From NCBI GenBank assembly GCA_963785305.1, contig CAWAUV010000004.1, forward strand, positions 483,022 through 547,021: 64,000 nucleotides of DNA, read 5' to 3'. This DNA comes from an uncultured Planctomycetaceae bacterium (lineage in GTDB: Bacteria; Planctomycetota; Planctomycetia; Pirellulales; PALSA-1355). The notes under the pieces were generated by a model, which did no database searches, was not told where the DNA came from, and was given only the letters and a program-made list of their open reading frames with translations. Positions 1-9,396 of the stretch are shown here, one piece after another (position 1 is the first letter of the stretch; each line of letters opens with the position of its first letter). The position numbers were made by a program, and so were the translations under genes.

Positions 1-1207
1 ACTCTACCGCCGCCACCCGGCCAATGTGATTCGCCTCGAGCTCAACCGCGAGGAGCCCGGCGACGATGGCGGCACAAGCCGCTACGAGCGCGCGGCCCGG
101 TTCCTCAAGAACTGGCGCAGCGAAGGGGTGCTGTTCACCGAGCCGCAAGCGGCGCTCTATGTGTATCACCAGGTGTTCGAGACCGGCGGAAGCACATTTA
201 CCCGCCGCGGATTCATGGCCCGCTGCCAACTCGAGCGCTTCGGCCAGGGCAAGATTTATCCGCATGAAGAAACGATGTCGGGCCCCAAGCAAGATCGCCT
301 CTTGCTCACGCGGGCCTGCAAAACGAACCTCAGCCAGATATTCGGACTATTTCCCGACCCAAGCAACGAAATCCAAAACAAGCTCGAGGAAGCGGTTCGG
401 CAGCAGACTCCGCTCGAGGCAACCGACCACCTGGGCGTTTTGCATCGGCTCTGGCCGGTGACCGATCCGGCGCTGATTTCCGCCGTGTCGGGGCTCATGG
501 ACGCCAAGCCCACGTTCATTGCCGATGGCCACCATCGCTATGAGACGGCCTGCAACTATCGCGACGAGCTCGCCGCGGCCCACGGCGGCTCGCTGCCGGC
601 GAACCATCCGGCGAACTTCGTGCTGATGATGTTCATTGGCATGAACGACCCCGGGCTACTGGTCTTGCCGACGCATCGGCTCTTCCGCGGCCTGCCGAAA
701 ATGACGTCCGAACAGCTCGTGGCCAAACTGGGCGACTGCTTCACGACGCGCATCGTGGGCGAGGGCAGCGATTTGGCGGCGAGCGTGTGGGAAGAAATCG
801 AGACCGAAGACCAACAGGGCACGCTCGGCCTTTACACGCCGGCCGACGAACGTTGGGTTCTGGCCAAGATCACTCCGGCCGGCGAGGCCCGCATGGCGGA
901 AGTGGCGCCCGAGCACAGCGGCGATTGGCGGGGGCTTGGAGTGGCGATCTTGCATCGCCTGGTGATCGACACGCTGCTCGGCGCCAAAGACCTGCCGAAG
1001 CCGCGCTATGTTCACTTGGTGCAAGAAGTGGTCGACGGGCTCGATGGCGAGGGTGCCTCCGACGAATTTCAATTGGCGGCCCTAGTGATGCCAGCCACGG
1101 TCGACCATATCCGCGCGATCAGCGAACATGGCGAGCGGATGCCGGCCAAGAGCACCTATTTCTATCCCAAGCTGCTCAGCGGCCTGGTCTTTAACCCGCT
1201 CGAATAA
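1..1207 (+). CDS. DUF1015 family protein (5' end outside the window)
   Basis: Frame is open from the window start (LYRRHPANVIRLEL). Motifs IYPHEET, FIADGHHRYETA and C-terminal MPAKSTYFYPKLLSGL are typical of DUF1015. Confidence 0.85.
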   Translation, partial: LYRRHPANVIRLELNREEPGDDGGTSRYERAARFLKNWRSEGVLFTEPQAALYVYHQVFETGGSTFTRRGFMARCQLERFGQGKIYPHEETMSGPKQDRLLLTRACKTNLSQIFGLFPDPSNEIQNKLEEAVRQQTPLEATDHLGVLHRLWPVTDPALISAVSGLMDAKPTFIADGHHRYETACNYRDELAAAHGGSLPANHPANFVLMMFIGMNDPGLLVLPTHRLFRGLPKMTSEQLVAKLGDCFTTRIVGEGSDLAASVWEEIETEDQQGTLGLYTPADERWVLAKITPAGEARMAEVAPEHSGDWRGLGVAILHRLVIDTLLGAKDLPKPRYVHLVQEVVDGLDGEGASDEFQLAALVMPATVDHIRAISEHGERMPAKSTYFYPKLLSGLVFNPLE

Positions 1208-1230
1208 TCACCGCGGCTCGCGCTGGGGGC

Positions 1231-1246
1231 CGTTTCACGTGAAACG
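1231..1246. promoter_or_regulatory. parS: parS site 1
   Basis: Perfect palindrome CGTTTCACGTGAAACG matching the core of the canonical parS consensus TGTTTCACGTGAAACA, just upstream of parAB. Confidence 0.9.
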
Positions 1247-1298
1247 TGGACCAGTGAAATGCAGCTAGCGTGCTAGCGCATTCATATTGGACGACGAT

Positions 1299-1314
1299 CG
1301 TTTCACGTGAAACG
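1299..1314. promoter_or_regulatory. parS: parS site 2
   Basis: Second identical CGTTTCACGTGAAACG palindrome; extends to 18 bp at 1298-1315. Confidence 0.9.
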
Positions 1315-1460
1315 AGCAAGGTGGCCCTTGCAACGACCCGCGCGATCGTCGCGCGCTTGATCGCTTTCCCGGCTGGCTCGAAATTGCCATTCCTGCCGCT
1401 CGCGCCTCGCGGCTACAATCCGGCCCGATTTTTTGTCCCTGGCGATCGGGCATTTCGGAC

Positions 1461-2198
1461 ATGGGCCGAATTTTGTGCGTGGCGAATCAGAAGGGCGGGG
1501 TCGGCAAGACCACGACGGCGGTCAACTGCGCCGTGGGACTTGCCAAGGCCGGCGCTCGCACCTTGCTCGTGGACCTCGATCCACAGTGCAACGCCACCAG
1601 CGGCCTTGGCCAGCGGCCGACCAACTCACATCCGCTCGTTTCCCGGCAGCCGCTCGCTGAGTCGCTTTGCTCGCTGGCCACGCCGGGACTCGAACTGTTG
1701 CCCGGCAGCCGCAGCTTCAAGGATGTCGAGGTCCTGGCCGGCGGGGCTCAATCGGCCACGCTAAGTCAACACTTGGCGAGCGGACTCTCGGCCTATGACT
1801 TCGTGCTGATCGACTGTCCGCCCTCGCTCGGCCCGCTCACGCAAACGGTGCTCGCCAGCGCGACCGAGGTGCTGATGCCGATCCAGTGCGAATACTTCGC
1901 CATGGAGGGGCTCACGCAAATGATCGAGGTGATTCGCGAGGTGATGGAGCGGCCCGACGCGCGGCTCCAGTTCGGCGGAATCCTGCTCACGATGCACGAC
2001 CCGCTCCTGGAGCTCACGCGCGAAGTCGAGCGCGAGGTGCGGGACTTCTTCGGCGAGATCGTATTCAAAACCGTGGCCCCGCGCGATGTGAATGTTTCCG
2101 AAGCGCCGAGCCATGGGCTATCGGTGCTCGACTATGCGCCGCGTTCGCGCGGAGCGCGGGCTTACATGGAACTTTGCATGGAAGTATTAGAACGATAA
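1461..2198 (+). CDS. parA: ParA/Soj chromosome partitioning ATPase
   Basis: Deviant Walker A NQKGGVGKTT, DLDPQCNAT, IDCPPSLG, PIQCEYFAMEGL. Confidence 0.95.
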   Translation: MGRILCVANQKGGVGKTTTAVNCAVGLAKAGARTLLVDLDPQCNATSGLGQRPTNSHPLVSRQPLAESLCSLATPGLELLPGSRSFKDVEVLAGGAQSATLSQHLASGLSAYDFVLIDCPPSLGPLTQTVLASATEVLMPIQCEYFAMEGLTQMIEVIREVMERPDARLQFGGILLTMHDPLLELTREVEREVRDFFGEIVFKTVAPRDVNVSEAPSHGLSVLDYAPRSRGARAYMELCMEVLER

Positions 2199-2287
2199 AG
2201 GGACCAGGCCGGTTTTTTTTGCATGATGCAAGCCCGGACCGAGGCGATCCCCGATCTTCTCGATTTGGAACCAAGGAGGTTTGAGCG

Positions 2288-3318
2288 ATGACCAATCAAC
2301 CACGGCGCCTGGGCCGCGGACTCGAAGCGCTTTTGAGCCGACCCATGACCGCGCCCGATTCCGAGGCCAAGCCGGCGCCGGCCCGGCCGGAGCTGCGTGT
2401 GGCCGAAGTCGCCGAGAGCGGCGAACCGGTGGGGCTTCAAACCGCGCCCTCGGCCGACGCGCCCACGCAGGTGCCGGTCGCGCTGATCGACGCCAACCCG
2501 TTTCAGCCCCGGCAGGATTTCGACGAAGCCGCGATCGACGAGCTCGCCGAAAGCCTGCGCGAACACGGCCTCTTGCAGCCGCTGGTCGTGCGGCGATTGG
2601 GCGAGCGGTATCAACTCGTGGCCGGCGAGCGCCGCCTCCGGGCCGCGATCAAAGCCGGCTGGACCGAGGCGCCGGTGCATCTGCGCGAGGCCGACGACCG
2701 GCAGATGGCCGAGTTGGCGATCGTCGAAAATCTTCAGCGCCGCGATCTGAACCCGCTGGAAAAGGCGGCGTCTTTCCAACAGTATCTCGATCGCTACCGG
2801 GTCACTCAGGCCGAGCTGGCCGCGCGACTGAAAGTCGACCGCTCGACGATCGCCAATCTCGTGCGGTTGCTCGAGCTGCCCGACGCCGTCCAGAAAGCGG
2901 TGCGCTGGGCGCCATTACGCAGGGCCACGCGCGGGCGCTTTTGCCGCTCGGCGATGAGAGAGATCAACTGGCGATGTGCGAGCGAATCGAGCGGGAACAG
3001 TTGAGCGTGCGTTCGGTGGAGCTACTGGTGCAGGATAGGATCCACCGCGGCGACGATGAGCCGCTTGGCGCCGGGGCGCCGAGCGCGGGCAGCACGAACA
3101 CCGCGGCGACGGCGCCTTCGCCCAAACCACGCAAGGCCCCGCGACGCTCGGAGCAAATCGCACTGCTTGAGCGGGAATTTAGGGAAGCGCTCGGCACGCG
3201 AGTTTCGATCCGGCAGACGACTGAGGGACGCGGCAAGATCGCAATCGTGTTTGGAAGCAGCGAAGAGTTCGAGCGGCTACGCGACTTGATTTGCGGCCCG
3301 GAAGTCGATGTGCTGTAA
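2288..3318 (+). CDS. parB: ParB/Spo0J partition protein (frameshift near 2906, probably a sequencing error)
   Basis: LGRGLEALL, NPFQPR, VAGERRLRA, ENLQRRDLNPLE and HTH RSTIANLVRLL in one frame; continues as ITQGHARALL...LSVRSVE in the 2281..3318 frame. Confidence 0.92.
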
Positions 3319-3414
3319 AAGCGCCGACCGGCCGCCGCATGGCGCTGAAGCCAACCACCTCGAGGGAACTGGCTTCGGGGGATCGATCCTGTTACGATGA
3401 GGGAGTACGGTGCA

Positions 3415-3489
3415 CGGGGTGTAGCGCAGTCTGGCTAGCGCATTTGCTTTGGGAGCAGAGGGTCGGAGGTTCGAATCCTCTCACCCCGA
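3415..3489 (+). tRNA. tRNA-Pro (TGG)
   Basis: Acceptor CGGGGTG/CACCCCG, anticodon arm TTTGC-TT TGG GA-GCAGA, T-arm GGTTCGAATCC; CCA not encoded. Confidence 0.95.
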
Positions 3490-3497
3490 TTTTTATC

Positions 3498-3542
3498 GAG
3501 AGCAGGCCCTTCGGCGAGAACGTCGATGGGCTTGCTTTCTTG
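3498..3542 (+). terminator. Hairpin downstream of tRNA-Pro (terminator-like)
   Basis: GAGAGCAGGCCC...GGGCTTGCTTTC stem with inner TCGGCG-AGAA-CGTCGA hairpin and a short T-rich tail. Confidence 0.5.
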
Positions 3543-4004
3543 GAACTTTGAATTCGGGCTCTCATGCCGAATGAGCGTCCGAGGGTCGCGCGAGCGCGGT
3601 TTCGGGCGCCAGGCGGTCGGCCGCCAAGTACTCGGCCTCCGTCAGCAGCCTCCGCGGCGCCTTTTACAGAACCTGCCGATTTCAGCAGGTGGCAATTCAA
3701 GTCGGCGCTCATTAAACTTTGGCAAGGGAACTTGCGGTGTTCGGATTCGTCCGATAATGTCGAATAAGTGATGGCGCCGGGAACCGACGATTCGGATTCT
3801 CGAAGCTATCCTGCCCGCCACCGCTCGCGAATCAACCGGCGCCGTGGGGGCCATGCGAGCCTCTCGGACCTCCGCGGCATGCCGCGAATTTTCGTTGGTC
3901 GCGGAGCCTTGTGTCGAAATCTCGGGTTGCACTCGGTTCGATTGCTTCAATTTTGCCCTGCGTTCGACCGTTTGTTCCGCAACGCCCCTTGGGAGCCGTT
4001 CGAC

Positions 4005-5072
4005 ATGGTTGGATTCTCCTTTCGTTGGCGCCTATTGTTCGCCAGCGTCGCCTGCGTGGTGGCTTGCTCGACGAAGCCGACCTGGTCGCAAGAAGTCAGT
4101 TCGAATTCGATCGGCATGAAGCTCGTGCGGATTCCGGCCGGCGAATTCATGATGGGCGCCGAGGAAGATCGCAGCCACACGCTCTCCGACTTCCCGTATT
4201 GCGACCCGAAATGGCTCGACGGCGAAGCGCCGCGCCATCCGGTGCGAATCACGAAGTCATTTCTCATGGGGCAATATGAGGTGACCCTCGGGCAGTTTCT
4301 CACCTTTTATCACGACGTTCACTACAAAACCGACATCGAACGCGATCCGAATCCGAGTTGGGGCTACGATCCATCCGGGAAGAAGCTCGTCGAATCGATG
4401 AACTTCCGCCCTTGGGCGCCCGGCTGGAAGATCGAAATGGATCACCCGGTGATTTACGTGTCTTGGAACGATGCGATGGCGTTTTGTGAGTGGTTGAGCA
4501 AAAAGGAGGGTAAGTCGTATCGGCTGCCCACCGAGGCCGAATGGGAATACGCCGCCCGGGCCGGATCGAATCATCGCTTTTTCTTTGGCAACGATCCGGA
4601 AATGCTCGTGCAATTCGCCAACGTGGCCGACGCCGACCGCAAACAGATATCGGGCAAAGCCACGCTCGCGGCATTCGACGACACCGGCGCCAAGACGGAA
4701 GAGAAGCTGCCCTTTCCCTTTCTCCCTCGGCACGACGGCTATGCTTGGACGGCGCCGGTCGGAAAATATCAGCCCAATGCTTTTGGTCTCCACGATATGC
4801 TCGGTAATGCCTGGGAATGGTGCGCCGACTGGTATGACACCCAGTATTACGAGCGATCGCCGATCGACGATCCGCAAGGCCCCTCGTCTGGCACGGTGCG
4901 AGTCATTCGGGGCGGCGGATTTTACTGCTCGGCGGTCGACTTGCGTTGCGCCCTCCGGGTAAACGATGGCCCGTCGCGCCGGTATTTCTACGCCGGCTTT
5001 CGCGTGGTGTGTGAAGAAGATCAGCCACAACAGCCACGGCTTTCGGCCGGCCGCGGCGCGAAGCGGCAGTGA
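4005..5072 (+). CDS. Formylglycine-generating enzyme (FGE-sulfatase/SUMF1) domain protein, secreted
   Basis: Signal-like N-terminus; NSIGMKLVRIPAGEFMMG, YRLPTEAEWEYAARAG, PNAFGLHDMLGNAWEWC, RGG...GFRVV. Confidence 0.9.
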   Translation: MVGFSFRWRLLFASVACVVACSTKPTWSQEVSSNSIGMKLVRIPAGEFMMGAEEDRSHTLSDFPYCDPKWLDGEAPRHPVRITKSFLMGQYEVTLGQFLTFYHDVHYKTDIERDPNPSWGYDPSGKKLVESMNFRPWAPGWKIEMDHPVIYVSWNDAMAFCEWLSKKEGKSYRLPTEAEWEYAARAGSNHRFFFGNDPEMLVQFANVADADRKQISGKATLAAFDDTGAKTEEKLPFPFLPRHDGYAWTAPVGKYQPNAFGLHDMLGNAWEWCADWYDTQYYERSPIDDPQGPSSGTVRVIRGGGFYCSAVDLRCALRVNDGPSRRYFYAGFRVVCEEDQPQQPRLSAGRGAKRQ

Positions 5073-5346
5073 TCGCCGCGAAACGCCGGTGTCCCTCGGC
5101 CGCGGCAATTGTCCGATCAGGCCGCTGGCTCGCGAAAAAACTCTTCGAGGCTAGGCTAAAGCCGGGCAGCCGTTCGCCACCGTCGAGCGTTTGCGCGGCG
5201 GCGAGCTCGACGCTCGGACCTGGACCAGAGTTGATGCGCGCTATCTTTGCATCGGGATACACATTCCAAACCGCCCGCGCCCCGGTCGCGAAATTGTCTT
5301 CCGCAAGAACCGCGCGGGCGCGGCTGCGCCGCGGGAGGAAGAAAAG

Positions 5347-5417
5347 CTACCCGGCTAGGACTCGAACCTAGAATGAGAGAGCCAAAATCTCTAGTGTTAC
5401 CATTACACCACCGGGTA
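5347..5417 (-). tRNA. tRNA-Gln (TTG)
   Basis: Reverse complement TACCCGGTGGTGTAATGGTAACACTAGAGATTTTGGCTCTCTCATTCTAGGTTCGAGTCCTAGCCGGGTAG folds as a cloverleaf with anticodon TTG. Confidence 0.95.
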
Positions 5418-5576
5418 GTGGCTTTTTCCGCTTGCTCTTGCGGCGACCGTTCGGTCGCGGCGCCGCCGGCCGCTCTATTTTAGAGTCGGCCCGAGAACTA
5501 AAGGAGTCGGCGGAGGCGATTTTGGTTCGCCGCCGCGCGGATTCTCCGTGGACGCGCGATTTCTCCAGGCCGCAAT

Positions 5577-6248
5577 TTAGTCCGATTGGCGGCGATGCAC
5601 AACCGCGAAGCTCAATTGTTCGAGCTCCATCGCCAGATCGACCCCCACCTGGCTCACGCCGGGCGGCAGGTTGAGCGTCACCGGCGCGAAGTTCAATATC
5701 CCATTCACGCCGGCGGCCACCAGGGTGTCGGCCACCTGCTGGGCCACGCCGGCCGGCGCCGCGATGAGGCCCAACTTGATGCCTTGCTCCCGAACCGCCT
5801 CCGCCAGCGCGTCGAGCGAGCGAATCTCCACGCCATGCACGATGGCCCCGATCTTTTCGGGGTCGTTGTCGAAAGCCGCCACGATCCGGTAACCCTGTCG
5901 GCCAAACCCGCGGTAGCCCAACAGGGCTTGGCCCAGGTTGCCTGCGCCGACGATCGCCACCGGCCAGTCGCGATCGGCCCCCAGGATTGCACGGATCGCG
6001 AGGATCAGGTCATCGCAGCGGTAGCCCACGCCCGGATGCCCGAAATGTCCGAAATAGGCGAGGTCCTTGCGAACTTGGGAATCGTTGAGCCCTAGAAACC
6101 CGCCAAGTTGACCAGAATTGGTGGTCTCCGTGCCCTCGCGGACCAGCCGCTGGAGCTCGCGCAAGTAGAGGCTCAGCCGGCTCACGACCGCTTTCGGCGG
6201 AACGGCTTCCGTTTGACCGTTGGCCGGCTTTGGTTTTGGCGCTGTCAT
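5577..6248 (-). CDS. rex: Redox-sensing transcriptional repressor Rex
   Basis: RLSLYLR...SQVRKDLAYFGHFGHPGVGY wHTH, Rossmann IVGAGNLGQAL, GILNFAP. Confidence 0.95.
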   Translation of the reverse strand: MTAPKPKPANGQTEAVPPKAVVSRLSLYLRELQRLVREGTETTNSGQLGGFLGLNDSQVRKDLAYFGHFGHPGVGYRCDDLILAIRAILGADRDWPVAIVGAGNLGQALLGYRGFGRQGYRIVAAFDNDPEKIGAIVHGVEIRSLDALAEAVREQGIKLGLIAAPAGVAQQVADTLVAAGVNGILNFAPVTLNLPPGVSQVGVDLAMELEQLSFAVVHRRQSD

Positions 6249-6759
6249 GAGGGGTCGGTAGGTGTCGAAATTGGGCGCCGCGGAATCGAAGGGCGTTTCG
6301 TCCCACTCTAAGGCATGCCCCGCCGGCCGGGCAAGGGCCGAAATTCCGCGAAAGCCAGCCTCGCTCGGCATGCGCGCCTTCCATCGCGGGGCGATCGATC
6401 GGCACAACCCGCAGGATCGGCGCCGTGTGTCTCGCGGAACCGAATCGCGACTATAGGACCCAACGGAATCCCAGGACTTGTTGGTGAAAAGCCACCTAGT
6501 TCTCCCGCCGCTTGTATTCCGATCAATTCTTTCATTTCAGCCGAATTACCCATTTGTTCGATGGAATCATGGATGAAACAGAAAACACAAGACGCCTGCG
6601 AAGCATGCGTGGCATGTAGTGGATCGCGTTAATGCGATACATGGGATGTCTGGCTAATGTGCGTAGTCCAGACAACCGAATAACCGTAAAGGCGAGTTCG
6701 CGCTCGCTCGACTGACCGGATTCCCCAATTCAGAAGCCGTTGACGAAGGAGGCAAGACC

Positions 6760-9093
6760 ATGAGTAATCGTTGGGCAGTGCCGCTGCTCGCCCTAGTGCT
6801 CGCAGCCATGTCGGTCGACATGGCCAGCGCTCGCTATTGTGGCGTGGCCCGGTACCGCTGCTGCGCCACTTGTTGCGACACGCCGGCATACGCCTGCTGC
6901 AAGCAACAGTGCTACACCGTGATGAAGACGTGTCAGGAGACCGTCTACGAGAAGCAGAACTATACCTGCTACAAGACGTGCTACGAGAAAGTCTGCGAGC
7001 CCAAGACGATCGACTGCTTGAGCTACGTCAAAGAGACCTGCTATCGCAACTGCGAATACACCGTCTGCAAGCCGGTGTATGAGACCAAGACTCGCGATAT
7101 CTGCTACACCGTCTGCAAGCCGGTGTATGAGACCAAGACTCGCGATATCTGCTATACCGTGTGCAAACCGGTCTACGAAACCAAGACCCGGGATATTTGC
7201 TACACGGTCTGCAAGCCGGTCTACGAGACGCACAACCGGGACATCTGCTACACGGTCTGCAAGCCGGTGTGGGAGACCAAGACTCGGGACATTTGCTACA
7301 CGGTGTGCAAGCCGGTCTATGAGACCAAGACGCGTCAAATCTGCTACACGGTGTGCAAGCCGGTGTGGGAGACCAAGACGCGCGATATTTGCTACACGGT
7401 CTGCAAGCCGGTCTACGAGACGCACAACCGGGACATCTGCTACACGGTCTGCAAGCCGGTGTGGGAGACCAAGACTCGGGACATTTGCTACACGGTGTGC
7501 AAGCCGGTCTACGAGACCAAGACCCGCGAAATCTGCTACACGGTGTGCAAGCCGGTGTGGGAGACCAAGACTCGCGACATTTGCTACACGGTGTGCAAGC
7601 CGGTCTATGAGACCAAGACTCGGGATATCTGCTACACGGTCTGCAAGCCGGTGTACGAGACCAAGACCCGGGATATTTGCTACACGGTGTGCAAGCCGGT
7701 CTACGAGACCAAGACTCGCCAAATCTGCTACACGGTGTGCAAGCCGGTGTATGAGACCAAGACGCGAGACATCTGCTACACGACCTGCAAGCAAGTCCAA
7801 GAGACCTGCGAGCGCGAAGTGTGCTACGAGGTCTGCAAGCCGGTTCACTACACCAAGACGGTCCAGGTGTGCTGCGGACATTGGGAAACCCAAGTCTCGG
7901 AATGCCCGGGCCCGACCGTTTGCAAGTGCGTTCAAGAACCCGGCTGCTGGAGCTGGGATCCCTGCTGCTGCCGTTGCGTGTACAAGCCCGGCTGCTGCCA
8001 CACGGTGCAGGTCCAATGCCCGCCGATCAAGGTGTGCAAGAAGGTCTGGGTCCCGACCGTGCAAGAGAAGACCATCAACTGCGTGAAGTATGTGCGGGAA
8101 TCCTGCGTCAAGAAGGTTCCCTACACGGTGTGCCGCACGGTGTCGGAAAACCATGTCAAGACCTGCTCGTATCAGGTCTGCCGCATGGTGCCCGAACAAC
8201 ACGTGAAGCAGTGCAACTACACGGTGTGCCACATGGTCGCCGAGCAGCACGTGAAACAGTGCTGCTATAAGGTGTGCCACATGGTCTCCGAGCAACACGT
8301 GAAGCATTGCAACTACACGGTGTGCCACATAGTCGCCGAGCAGCACGTGAAACAGTGCTGCTACAAGGTGTGCCACATGGTCTCCGAGCAACACGTGAAG
8401 CAGTGCAACTACACGGTGTGCCACATGGTGCCCGAGCAACACGTGAAGCATTGCAGCTACACGGTGTGCCACATGGTGCCCGAGCAACACGTGAAGCATT
8501 GCAGCTACACGGTGTGCCACATGGTGCCCGAGCAGCACGTGAAGCAGTGCTGCTACAAGGTGTGCCACATGGTCGCCGAGCAACACGTGAAGCAGTGCAA
8601 CTACACGGTGTGCCACATGGTCGCCGAGCAGCATGTGAAGCAGTGCTGCTACAAGGTGTGCCACATGGTCGCCGAGCAACACGTGAAGCATTGCACCTAC
8701 ACCACCTGCCGCATGGTGCCCGAGCAACACGTGAAGCATTGCAACTACACGGTGTGCCACATGGTCGCCGAGCAGCACGTGAAGCAGTGCTGCTACAAGG
8801 TGTGCCACATGGTCTCCGAGCAACACGTGAAGCAGTGCAGCTACCAGGTGTGCCACATGGTCGCCGAGAAGTGCTCGAAGCAAGTGCCCTACACGGTCTG
8901 CAAGCCGGTGCACACGACCAAGACCATCATGGTCGAACGTTGCGTGCCCAAGCAGGTTGCCTACACGGTGACCCGCTGCGTGCCGAAAGTGGTCTGCAAG
9001 CAAGTTCCGGTGCAGGTCTGCTGCCCGGCCCCGGCTTGTGAACCCTCGTGTGCGGCGCCGGCCGCGGCGCCAAGCTGCGGTTGCGGTGGCTAA
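6760..9093 (+). CDS. Secreted Cys-rich YTV-repeat protein (planctomycete YTV family), 777 aa
   Basis: RBS AAGGAGG, signal peptide, two arrays of 16-aa repeats with a YTV core (ICYTVCKPVYETKTRD; CNYTVCHMVAEQHVKQ), strongly biased codon usage. Confidence 0.9.
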   Translation: MSNRWAVPLLALVLAAMSVDMASARYCGVARYRCCATCCDTPAYACCKQQCYTVMKTCQETVYEKQNYTCYKTCYEKVCEPKTIDCLSYVKETCYRNCEYTVCKPVYETKTRDICYTVCKPVYETKTRDICYTVCKPVYETKTRDICYTVCKPVYETHNRDICYTVCKPVWETKTRDICYTVCKPVYETKTRQICYTVCKPVWETKTRDICYTVCKPVYETHNRDICYTVCKPVWETKTRDICYTVCKPVYETKTREICYTVCKPVWETKTRDICYTVCKPVYETKTRDICYTVCKPVYETKTRDICYTVCKPVYETKTRQICYTVCKPVYETKTRDICYTTCKQVQETCEREVCYEVCKPVHYTKTVQVCCGHWETQVSECPGPTVCKCVQEPGCWSWDPCCCRCVYKPGCCHTVQVQCPPIKVCKKVWVPTVQEKTINCVKYVRESCVKKVPYTVCRTVSENHVKTCSYQVCRMVPEQHVKQCNYTVCHMVAEQHVKQCCYKVCHMVSEQHVKHCNYTVCHIVAEQHVKQCCYKVCHMVSEQHVKQCNYTVCHMVPEQHVKHCSYTVCHMVPEQHVKHCSYTVCHMVPEQHVKQCCYKVCHMVAEQHVKQCNYTVCHMVAEQHVKQCCYKVCHMVAEQHVKHCTYTTCRMVPEQHVKHCNYTVCHMVAEQHVKQCCYKVCHMVSEQHVKQCSYQVCHMVAEKCSKQVPYTVCKPVHTTKTIMVERCVPKQVAYTVTRCVPKVVCKQVPVQVCCPAPACEPSCAAPAAAPSCGCGG
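7051..7866 (+). repeat. Coding tandem repeat, 17 x 48 bp (N-arm of YTV protein)
   Basis: 15 near-identical plus 2 degenerate units of ICYTVCKPV(Y/W)ET(KT/HN)R(D/Q/E). Confidence 0.95.
8116..8931 (+). repeat. Coding tandem repeat, 17 x 48 bp (C-arm of YTV protein)
   Basis: 17 units from VPYTVCRTVSENHVKT to VPYTVCKPVHTTKTIM; consensus C(N/C/S)Y(T/K)VCHMV(A/P/S)EQHVK(Q/H). Confidence 0.95.
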
Positions 9094-9152
9094 GCTCGAT
9101 ATCCGCTAGGTCTTTCTTCTGTCGCCTCGGAAGAAGGTCCGGTCAGTTCGGG

Positions 9153-9192
9153 GGCGGCCCGATCCTTGCAAAAGGGTCGGGCCGCCTTTTTT
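9153..9192 (+). terminator. Rho-independent terminator of the YTV gene
   Basis: GGCGGCCCGATCCTT-GCAA-AAGGGTCGGGCCGCC followed by TTTTTT. Confidence 0.85.
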
Positions 9193-9396
9193 CATGCGCC
9201 CGGCGGCAATCGTTCGCCCGCGCCGATCGCATACCCAACCATGCCGATCGTTCGGGCGCGATTCGCCCGCCGCGATCCCTTTCCGCGGAAAATGGACGCT
9301 CGCGGTCTGAAGCGCCCCGCGCGACATTCCGATACACATGCAAGCGTCGCCACGTCGCGAGGCAAGCGCGATGCAGCGCGGCGCTTACAAAAAGCG

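Noticed and set aside
1208-1460. oriC at the parS locus
   Set aside because: No DnaA-box cluster (TTATCCACA) or AT-rich unwinding element was visible.
3415-5417. Prophage or integrative element at the tRNAs
   Set aside because: No integrase and no duplicated tRNA 3' end were seen.
6250-6760. Rex operator upstream of rex/YTV
   Set aside because: No convincing TTGTGAA-N4-TTCACAA palindrome found by eye.
7051-8931. 48-bp periodic arrays as a CRISPR array
   Set aside because: No unique spacers, variation is mostly synonymous within an open frame, and no cas genes are present; this is a coding repeat.
6793-9003. 736-aa antisense ORF with HRVA/LLHV repeats
   Set aside because: Shadow of the YTV gene; RBS, signal peptide, codon bias and terminator all support the + strand.
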